64,000 nt of DNA, from positions 112,344,001 to 112,408,000 of the forward strand of contig OX597818.1 of NCBI GenBank assembly GCA_951406725.2. The letters are read 5' to 3'. Made by a program: the position numbers and the translations under genes. The DNA comes from Octopus vulgaris (lineage: Eukaryota). The notes beneath the pieces were generated by a model. That model ran no database searches, was not told where the DNA came from, and saw nothing but the letters and a program-made list of their open reading frames with translations. Below, piece after piece: positions 53,681 to 64,000 of this stretch (the first letter of the stretch is position 1; the number at the start of each line of letters is the position of its first letter).

Positions 53681-54522
53681 TGTGTGTGTGCGTGTGTATG
53701 TATACAGATTTGTATGAACGTTAAGTATGTAATATATGTATTTATGTATATGAATAAGCACAAAAGCTATCATGTATTTACATTGGTGCGAGAAATATTG
53801 ATAAACCCAAGTCGTGAGTTGTAGTGTACTTTTGTGCCCCGTCATCGTCTTAAAGGAGACCCATAAAGGCAAATGGTGGCAAAGAAAGTGACAGTCGGAA
53901 ACGTTGGATGCAGATGAGAGAAATAGAATGAATTATGCATGAAGCTGCAGTAAGTTGCTTCGCAATGGCTGGTAGAACAGATATTTTGATCAAAATGAAA
54001 CTCGAAATATTTCTCGTAAAATTCGCGCGCAGCTCATTTCCCTTACTTTCATCGTTAACAGCAAAATGTAAAAGAAGAAAATTACATAAAATACTCCACC
54101 TGATTTTATATTCTAAGACTTCACGTACAGACATAAGCGAGCTCAACACACAGTTAAACTCACACACTCAAACATGCACAGACACATAATCTCTCTCTCT
54201 CACACACACACACGCACATTCACACATAATGTTCGAGAAGTTATATAAGTTGTATTTTCTTTGAATTCTCGATACGAATGCTGACAAGACATTATTAACA
54301 AGTGTGTGGTGTTGAAACAAATGAGTGAATGAGTCTCATGAATTAACATTAAAACGCTTTTCCAGTAACAGTTTCGTAACAGATCGTGCAGGGAGCTTCC
54401 ACGTAATTGAAAGGAAGCAGTGAACAGCAATCAACCAATGTGTGATAAAATGTATTCGTGGTCGTTTTAGAAAAACTACTTTGAAATAAATGTAAGGGTG
54501 TATTAGAATTTTTGTTTTGAAT

Positions 54523-54586
<64 letters not shown>

Positions 54587-54632
54587 CACACACACATACA
54601 CACACACACACATATATATATATCTATATCTA

Positions 54633-54670
<38 letters not shown>

Positions 54671-54773
54671 CTTTATTTAAAGCAGCAGAAAATTCAACAA
54701 AACGTGTTACTCTGAGTTTCACGTTGAATTTCTAAATATCTCATAGAGATATGTACGGTGGTGGGGCGATATA

Positions 54774-54804
<31 letters not shown>

Positions 54805-54959
54805 GTCAGCAAAATAGCTACTTCAAAAATCTCACAAAGGAACCAGAGTAGTAACTATACTAAACAGTAAAGCAAGTGGGCACATCAAAGTGTCTACTGG
54901 ATGTTACTACTAGTTTAACCCCAGGAATATTCTCCGCCAGCTGGTTATCGGTGCGACTC

Positions 54960-55285
54960 TGCTGCGTGGCTAAGGGGTTAGAGCGTCGAGCTTACGATTC
55001 TGAGGTTGTGACATCGATTCCCGGGCCGGGCTGCGTGTTGTATTCACTTTATTTCACGTTGATCCAGTTTACTCAGCTGTAGAAATGAGTTGCGACATGA
55101 CTGGTGCCAAGCTGTATCAGCCCCTTTGCGTTTCCCTTGGATAACATCAGTGGTGTGGAGAAGAGGAGGCTGGTATGCTTGGGCGACTGCAAGCCTTCCA
55201 CAAACAACCTTGCCCAGACTTGTGCCTAAGATGGTAAATTTCTAGGTGCAATCCCACGGTAATTCATGACCGAAGGGCGTCTCCT
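54960..55285 (+). mobile_element. tRNA-derived CORE-type SINE (family 3)
   Basis: gtggctaaggggttagagcg...tcgattccc head and cactttatttcacgttg..ccagtt.actcagctgtag.aatgagt core. Confidence 0.7.
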
Positions 55286-56649
55286 CTTCCTCATTGTAAG
55301 CAGGGGGAGCAAACCCCTGCCACCATCTAGCAGTTATCAGGATCATGAGACTGACTTATTTTCGAGCTATTTGGGTCATTCTCAGTCGCGGGTGATAGTC
55401 AGAATACGCCATCCTCAGTACGCCAGAGCACTAGTCACTGATTTGCAACAAGCAGAATAGCCAACTGTAAAATCTCAAGAAGAGGCCCGAGTAGTAACTA
55501 TACTAAACAGTAAAGTCCGTCACCACATCACAGTGGCTGTTCAATAGCGGAGAATCTGATTGGGGTTAAACTAGTAGTAACATTCAACCGCCACTTAGAT
55601 GTAGCAACAGGCTTTACTACATATATATATATATATATATATAATTCCTGTGAGATTTCTTAGGCAAATATGTATGGCTAAAGTGGGATGAAAGAGTAAA
55701 GAAAAGCACTATAATTAGCATATAAAGTGCGAAGGGCTAGAATCGTGGCCGTCAGGCACAGGTCGAAAGGCCACATTCGTGGCCCAGATAAATGCATTTC
55801 GTCAATGAGAGTTTGTTGGGGTGTAATGTCACTCAAACGCACCGATACCCCCCAGAATGCAAGAGGACTAATAGTTCAACTAATGACTTTTCAGGTGATG
55901 TAAAACTTACCACCATTAGATACTAAGAAGATATTTAAATTTTTTTTTTATTTTTGCATGTTAGTCTCATTTTCATAAAATGTGCTCACCAGTCCATGTT
56001 ATGTAAGTGCAAATCCCAGCGCTTTACGAGTTAAGTCTCAAATGCGATGTTGTGGACACAGAATTCGCGTGAATAATGGTCGAATACTAAAACATAACTT
56101 TGAATGGCACGTTTGTAATGTCGTCCGGCTACTTCAACAGAATAATGTCAAATTCAAAGATTAATTTGAAATGAGTGGATATTAGATAAAAAAAAAGACT
56201 TTTAGAATCCTGAAAGTAGCTGTGCAGACTGCAGGTAAGTATGGTTTCTCCAGTTTAAAATTTTCTAAGTTAATCAAGAGCATTTACGAGAAATTAGGAA
56301 AATAAAACATCGCATCAACAATCGTGTTGTACACCACCATAGTCCACATTGTTATTCCCCAGCTAGTTTATGTGCTGTTTTAACAAGTCATGCTAACATA
56401 CATATTGCCTTTGGTATCCTGAAGACTATGAGGCTTCTAAGTATTGGGCAATAGCAGTGTCGGTAATATTTTTGCTTGGTCTTCTTGCTGAAAATTAGAT
56501 GTCGACGGGAGAGTCAGTCTGATATATATATATATATATACGTATGTATGTATGTATGTATGTATGTATGTATGTATGTATGTATGTATGTATGTATGTA
56601 TGTGTATATGTATGTATGTGTGTATGTATGTATGTATGTGTATATATAT

Positions 56650-56890
56650 ATATATGAAAGAAGGTTTGAAAATGAAATTTTAAAGATGTATATTCACTTG
56701 ACCGGTTTCACTATTTTAGAAAGACATTGTCAAAAGTAACATGTAAAAGCTTAGTTGTGTTAAGTACTGGTTGTCACAACAAAGCTTTCACATGTTACTT
56801 TTGACAATCTTTTTCTAAAAATGTGAAACCGGTCAAGTGAATAAACATATTTTAAAATTGCATTTTCAAGCCGCCTTTCATATATATTTC
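56650..56890. repeat. (TA)n-flanked palindrome (about 110-bp arms) with a hammerhead-like remnant in each arm
   Basis: 56650-56760 is the reverse complement of 56776-56888. actt TTGACAA...GAAAC cg GTC aagt at 56797-56838. Confidence 0.8.
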
Positions 56891-57263
56891 CACTCGTGCG
56901 GTACCTTCACTTTGTTATATATATATATATATATATATATATTATGACCGTTTAACTCCGTATATCTTTCTCTCCGTTTATTTCATTATCTCTACCTTCT
57001 GTAGAAAGGAGAAGATTCGAAACGTTAAAAGTATCTTCCATTTTCCGCAAGTTACAGCTTACTACACCCTAATTATTCTTCTTTCCAATCATATCTGTAT
57101 CAACATTATTCTTAACCCTTTCTCTCTCTCTCTCTCTCTCTCTCCCTCTCTCACTCTTTCTCTCTCTCTCTCTGTCTCTCCGCATCGATATTATAATAAG
57201 GTTGCGATTGCAACGGTTACTAATCGATACAGTAGAAACAGGTTTACGGCTATTTCAGAAGGG

Positions 57264-57384
57264 CTTCTTCTTCTTCTTCTTCTTCTTCTTCTTCTTCTTC
57301 TTCTTCTTCTTCTTCTTCTTCTTCTTCTTCTTCTTCTTCTTCTTCTTCTTCTTCTTCTTCTTCTTCTTCTTCTTCTTTTCCTCT

Positions 57385-57440
<56 letters not shown>

Positions 57441-57519
57441 CTCTTCTTCCTCCTCCTCCTCCTCCTCATCTTCTTTTTCTTCTTCATGTATATGTATATA
57501 TATGTATATATATATACAT

Positions 57520-57552
<33 letters not shown>

Positions 57553-57553
57553 A

Positions 57554-57600
<47 letters not shown>
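57264..57600. repeat. (CTT)n then (TA)/(TG)n microsatellites
   Basis: Direct inspection. Confidence 0.95.
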
Positions 57601-57745
57601 CCTGTAAAGATTTGATGAATAAACATAGAATAATGATCCACGGTATTTAGGATCCCATTCATTAACATCCCGTTAAACACCAAAATATATATATATAAAC
57701 ACATACACACACACAAACAAATGTTTTAATAATAATAATAATAAA

Positions 57746-57797
<52 letters not shown>

Positions 57798-57889
57798 ATA
57801 ATAATAATAATAATAATAATATGACAACAAAAGAATGAATGAGACCTCGATATTATGTAAAATATGGGAATTTATCTATAAATATAATA

Positions 57890-58082
57890 CGTGACAATTA
57901 GTTTGGTTGTCATAATAAAACTCAGTCCCAGATGTCGGGCTAAAGTCTTCTCCGGCATCTCATCAGTTATTAAGACAAACAAAAACATTGTCTTTTTTGT
58001 TTATATTAATTGAGATGCCGCAGCAGACCTCAGCCTCGATATCAAAAAATGAGTTTTATTATGACAACCAACTAATAGTCAC
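57890..58082. repeat. Imperfect palindrome (about 80-bp arms)
   Basis: gtgacaattagtttggttgtcataataaaactca ... tgagttttattatgacaaccaactaatagtcac. Confidence 0.8.
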
Positions 58083-58399
58083 ATATCATATATATACATA
58101 TATACATACATAAAGAGAGAGAGAGAGAGACAGAGAAATACAGAGAGAGAGAGACAGAGAAATAGAGAGAGAGAGAGAGACAGAGAAATAGAGAGAGAGA
58201 GAGAGACAGAGAAATAGAGAGAGAGAGAGAGAATAAATTAGAAAGAGGTACGCTCAATATAGAAAAGGCATAGAAGTGCTCAAACGACATTGAACTGAAG
58301 CATTGAAGCTTCTTCATCCAGCCTTGCCTGCAGCATTAAAAGAAATCCAAATCGTGGATGATATAGATGCAATAATGGAGATAAAAGCGATTATTATTC

Positions 58400-58450
<51 letters not shown>

Positions 58451-58921
58451 CTTAGAGCACACAATATACAGAATAGAATGTGAAAGAAAATATGTAATTT
58501 TTTAACTTGACAGCTGACTCAGGAAGGCCAGTATTAGGGAATGATCATATGGGTAAAAGCGAGTCATATTGTAATGCTAGCAAACGTAAAAAGCTGAGGG
58601 GAGAGATGACGTAGAAGATGTAAGGGACAGGGGGAGGAAGTTGTTGCACAAATTAGAAGAAAAAAAAACAGGAGCATTATAGAAAAGGGACAGAGAGAAA
58701 GAGATAGTGAGAGAGTGAAAGAGAGATAGAGACAGAGTGAGATAGACAGAGAAAAAGAAAGAGAAAGAAAATCAGAGAGAGAGAGAGAGAGAGAGAGAGA
58801 AATTGGGGAGAAAATAAATTTAGAACCGGCGTAGCGAAAGCAAACCACAGTGAAAAGATGGGAAACATTCATACACGCGCATAGATGTACACACACACGC
58901 ACGCACACACACACGCACACA

Positions 58922-58981
<60 letters not shown>

Positions 58982-59376
58982 CACACATACGCAAAGGCGC
59001 GCACGCACACGTATGCTCATCGTCCCTTTCTCTTTCCCATTCTCAATCAGATGCGCATAAAGCTACAGCTATTTGGTATAGATTAGAAGATAGTCTGAAG
59101 CAGATCCGGAGAAGAACGAGTCTCACTTTGATGAACGCACGAATAGCAACGAAGTTAATTTTGATAAAAATCTTATGACATTTTTAAAGGGAATGGTTGG
59201 ACAAATCATTGATTAGTTAATTAGTTGAATAACAAAACAAGACAATAATGATAGACGCTTGAAATTGATCCAGTGTGTGTATTTGTTTTTTTGACGTGAT
59301 GACCCTCCCAAAACACAAGAACTTTTGTTTCAGTACACCAGTTCCCATGAAGGACCTTGGAAACCAAATACAAATA

Positions 59377-59426
<50 letters not shown>

Positions 59427-59435
59427 AGGTACTCA

Positions 59436-59624
59436 GAAGTCTGGATGGTTTTATATTTACACAGATATTTATTAATATGTCACATGTTTTTATAAATCAT
59501 ATAATAGCGCTTGCATCTACTCTAGGAGATTCTACTAAAGCAGATGCAAGCGCTAATATATGATTTATAAAAACATGTGACATATTAATAAAAATCTGTA
59601 AATGTAAAACCATCCAGATTTCTT
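59436..59624. repeat. (TA)n-flanked palindrome (about 85-bp arms)
   Basis: tctggatggttttata...gcgcttgcatct and agatgcaagcgc...taaaaccatccaga. Confidence 0.85.
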
Positions 59625-59671
59625 CTAATATATAATAACTGTACATCACCTCCAAACCTTATAAGATATAT

Positions 59672-59734
<63 letters not shown>

Positions 59735-61045
59735 GTATATATGTAAACAAAATACAGAAATTTTTTACGAAATGCTATTTCTGAAACATAAGTAAAAAGA
59801 TACGCACAGAGGAAAATGTTTCCGGTGTTATATTTTTGACATTGCAAGAAGACCGCAAAAAGAAAGAAAATAGGTTCAGTTTGTTAAGAACAAAAGCCAT
59901 TATTAGGAATATAAATGAAAATGAAACAATTGAAGAAAGCGAGCTGTTTTAGATTTTATTTAAACGAATTTTCTAAATGCTCCTTTGTACAAAGTGAAAC
60001 GACGAGAGCATTCAATAAATTTGAAAAGAAATATCTGGTTTGAATTGAAATATATACAATGATATGCAGAGATCCACAGTGAAATACATTTTAAATATAC
60101 ACTGAAGCCATACACACACACACGCATACACACACATAATACTTATATATTTACATGTGTTCGTGAGCGTGGAGAGAGAGTGTGTGTGTGAGAGAAAACA
60201 GTTAATTTTCTTTTGGAGCGTAACATCCAAAATTTTAATGGGAATAGATTGTGCTTATCGGATTACTTATGTATTATATGGCTAATATAAATATCAATGA
60301 TTCGCAAATTTCCAGAAGTTATATGCTCCCATCCCGATGGAAGATCATCTCGTTTCCAATCACTTACAGAAAATTGCTTTCGTTTCATTTACGTTAATAA
60401 TGACGGCAAAATGGTGAAACGAACGTTGCGATTTCACCATCACTCTGAATATATTTATATTATTTTATGTTTAGACTTTCTATCTGACAAGTTTCGAATA
60501 TGCGATCCATATTTATGCCGACCCATTCAGTTATTGATTCGTGACACCAAATTTGATTGTGGAGATTTCGGATATAACACCGATAACTGACTTACGTGTT
60601 CTATCTGCAAATTTTCTCCGCGCTTGAAATGGTTATGGCATATAATTGGTAAACATTATACACTGAGCTAATGAGACAGGAAACTATGCGCTTGCAAAAT
60701 CTAATAGAAAATACCTGACATGTCCCATTGGAAATCCACTCCATCTTCTTACAATAAAATAACAGAAAAAAATGCTATAACACAGCCAGATGCAGACGCA
60801 GATTAACTATGATACAAGTCTCAGTTATTAGACGGGAGAAATGTTTTAATATTATGTAAAATCAATGTGAACTCATAGAAACAAAACAAAGAAAATAACA
60901 ATAACGTCCGTTGATAAATAGAAAAGAGAAACGCAGTGGAGAAGTGAAGCAGTTTTCTATATCTCCTACAGCAATACTTATATAGAATTGGCAGAGCATT
61001 CACGACACCATATGTATATGTATGTATGTATGTATGTATATATAT

Positions 61046-61268
61046 TTCTTTACTGCCCACAAGGGTCTAAACATAGAGGGGACAAACAAAGGCAGACAAA
61101 CGGATTAAGTAGTTTACATCGACTCCAGTGCGTAACTGGTACTTAATTTATCGACCCGGAAAGGATGAAAGGCAAAGTCGACCTCGGCGGAATTTGAATT
61201 CAGGACGTAATGGCAGACGAAATACGGCTACGCATTTCGCCCGGCGTGCTAACGTCTCTGCCAGCTCG
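61046..61268 (-). mobile_element. SINE family 1, full length
   Basis: Homology to 10231-10470. Confidence 0.85.
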
Positions 61269-61304
61269 ACTTGAAAAGTATGGTGTTTATATACATACAT
61301 ACAT

Positions 61305-61346
<42 letters not shown>

Positions 61347-61443
61347 CGGGAAGGTTTACGAAAATAAACAAAAGACGAAGGCAGGTGGAGTACAAACAAA
61401 CAAATGTATTAGTATAGCGCTCAGGAATAGAAATAGAAAAAGT

Positions 61444-61479
61444 CTTTTACATTTCGAGCCTACGCTCTTCGACAGAAAG
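61444..61479 (-). ncRNA. Minimal hammerhead-like motif (A6U variant), family B
   Basis: cttt CTGTCGA a gagc-gtag-gctc GAAAT GTA aaag. Confidence 0.55.
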
Positions 61480-61961
61480 ATACACAGAAAACAACAAGGA
61501 GAGAAACAAGGAGAGAAAAAAATGCGTGTAGGAGCTAACGATATATATATATAACTATATTCTTAAACTGACCACCCCGCTAATGCTCACGACGGCCAAT
61601 GTTGCTGGTCAATCTTCCATTTCATGGTTATCCTCCACAGATTTGAGCCACATCTGTGCTGTATTCCTGGGATATCATTTTGTTTATAAAAGTATGTCTC
61701 GTCTTATGATTACGGTATTTATTAACAGGTGATGTTAATCGCGGTGCCACTCCCGAGAACTTAGAAATAGAATCGTTAGAGAAATTTCTTAAGTGCGTGT
61801 TTAAGGGGATTATATTTTATATTCACACACAAAATATACCCCAACTTAAACTTAAAAGTATATAATAATAATATTGGATTGTTTTGGGCAACTCTGATGG
61901 TAGACGAGCTTATTACTGTACTCTACTACGTCCCTCACGGAATAAACCATAATTATATATA

Positions 61962-62015
<54 letters not shown>

Positions 62016-62526
62016 TGTGTGTGTTTGTCCTATATATTTTTACTATTTAATTGCTCCTGCACTTGCTACATTGAGACAAAAGAAACGATTTGAAATTATT
62101 TTGGTGATTCTCAAGAGATAGTATTTTCTAAGCTTTTATGATTAGAGAGTTAACCGGATGTAAGTTGGAAATCGGAATCGAATTTCCTAACAATGAAATG
62201 TCATTGTTTTATAAAAATGTTGTTCTGAATCTTTGAACAGCTTAAAACAATGAACATACTGAAGGCACAGACATACGTCGGCTGTTTCATCTATCCGACA
62301 GTTTGTTCTGTTCAACATTTTTATCTATGTAACTGTTTATTCTATTCAACAGCTTTATCTATCAAGCTCGGTGTGAAAAGAATATTTATTTACACATTCA
62401 TCATAGCAAAAGGTAACGAGTTATTTCAATGATAGCTTTTTTCGTTGTTTTGAGATATTTATTTCGTCACCAATATAAATCGTTGTAGAAAAGATTTCAA
62501 TAATGTGTGAGTATGTGTGTGTGTGT

Positions 62527-62570
<44 letters not shown>

Positions 62571-62574
<4 letters not shown>

Positions 62575-62978
62575 AGGGTCTGGTCCCAAACTTTGGCATT
62601 CAAAGTTACCCCAATAGCAGAACGGGGCGCCACTGCATGGTGCTAAAGATCCCAACATCACCATCAAATTACAGGACCAGATACTGCAACAGCTTAGGTT
62701 TCAGAGGACCACAGCTCTTCAATATCCTTCCTAAATGCCTGAGAGACCTGCATGGTGTGGATGTGTGTTTCTTTAAAACTAAACTGGATCTCTTCTTGTC
62801 AGGGGTTCCAGATGAAACTACCTCTCAGCAGGAAACACAGATGCGGGCAGCGGCGTAGAACTCCCTTGTTGATCACGTGCCTCGTATCAGAGGTGGTTTC
62901 ACATACTAGTGTAGCCCATTCAACGGTGGTGTCCCAGTATGGCCGCAGCCTTCGAGCTGAAACATTTTTAAGGATTAA

Positions 62979-62981
<3 letters not shown>
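62571..62981 (+). mobile_element. 3' end of a CR1/L2-type LINE in (TA)n
   Basis: EGLVPNFGI...RTGRHC...NSLGFRGPQLFNILPKCLRDL.GV....FKTKLDLFLSGVPDE, followed by a 3'UTR stem-loop and ttaagga tail. Confidence 0.75.
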
Positions 62982-63025
<44 letters not shown>

Positions 63026-64000
63026 CTATGTTTAAAATTAAGCTTTAGATAGGGGACTTTAAAACGTAGTATCCAAACCTTGTTTCGGGTACGTCTGTAG
63101 TAGTGTACTTTGAGATCACGTTCCCCACATACGGCTACTGGGTATCGTCCACGGTGCCGCACTTTTGTCAGAGGATCTACGTAAGGATTTCCTCGGTGTG
63201 TATTTTGTATATTTAAAATAGTCGATAGGGAATACGGAGTGTACTGTAAGCTCTATTTAGCACGGCTATCGTTTCAGCTTCCATCTGCACTGCTCACTAG
63301 TATGTGGTGAACGATATAATGGAATCGAATGCATCCCACAGAGTAGAAGAAACTTCATCAGAGTACATAATTCGTTACAGTTTTTTATTATGGGCATTTC
63401 GCTATATATGTATGGCATCGTGGTGTACATTTCGTTACATTTGGCAGGATGACGCTGGTATGGTACGTTCGTTTATAATTATATACGCAATTAATTGGAT
63501 CTTAGATATATGGTTAGTAGTATGCCGATCGAAGCACTTTCACCGTTTAGGCTATCTCATGTCATCTATGGTTACTATACAATTGTCAGTGGAATTATAT
63601 CAGTAATTCCGCAGTACTCGTTGAGTTTATAATGAGAGAGGGAAGCGGAAATCGGAGTTGGTAAGAATCTGTATTCAATACAACGATCGTTTCGAACCAT
63701 CTTCCATATGTCCGCTGCGGTAGGGTATTGTACAGCTAGTTGTGTTGCAAAACCCAGTGCAGGCTGCATCTCTCAACAACTGGTTCAGGAGAATCCGGTG
63801 GTGCAGATGTATCTCATCGGGGAATAAATGAATACAACTCGTTAAAATAACTGTTCTGCAATGTAACTTCCCGTTTTCCTTCTTGTAGAAAGGAAAGCAG
63901 CCAGCGGGTGGAAATATCTTAATTTATATAGAAGATTAAATATAAAATCACAAAATATGAAAAGAACACGCAATCTATCGAGAAAAGTATATATATATAT

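Noticed and set aside
56207-56234. Mini-exon NPESSCADC|gtaagt resembling an ArfGAP zinc finger
   Set aside because: Too short, weak acceptor, and no following exon identified.
63170-63880. Decayed Cys-containing (EGF-like) reading on the minus strand
   Set aside because: Multiple stops and no motif long enough to support a call.

Overview
This is an AT-rich, gene-poor eukaryotic window. The SINE families and the very high microsatellite density suggest an octopus (coleoid cephalopod) genome, but that is inferred. No intact protein-coding gene is visible, and almost all listed ORFs are microsatellite or low-complexity artefacts. The window is a mosaic of tRNA-derived SINEs (three families), decayed non-LTR elements (R4/Dong, RTE, CR1/L2-type, probable L1/Tx1), two mariner remnants, two non-autonomous Helitrons, a Tigger-like MITE and many Penelope-type remnants flanked by (TA)n. 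Three things stand out. (1) A 7.5-kb composite tandem array (27029-34573) contains 11 copies of a TATA+ATG cassette encoding MPHHPRYTRFCFTLNNY..., which matches the N-terminus and RCR motif I of a CRESS-DNA/circovirus-like Rep. These copies sit in phased A4T4-tract DNA with 32-bp repeats, and the whole block appears inserted into a SINE. (2) About ten minimal hammerhead-ribozyme-like motifs with recurrent non-canonical cores occur, one family carrying a tRNA-derived head. (3) Several palindromic insertions are flanked by (TA)n, and one has perfect locally templated fillers that point to a two-template insertion mechanism. A few candidate exons are reported at low confidence.
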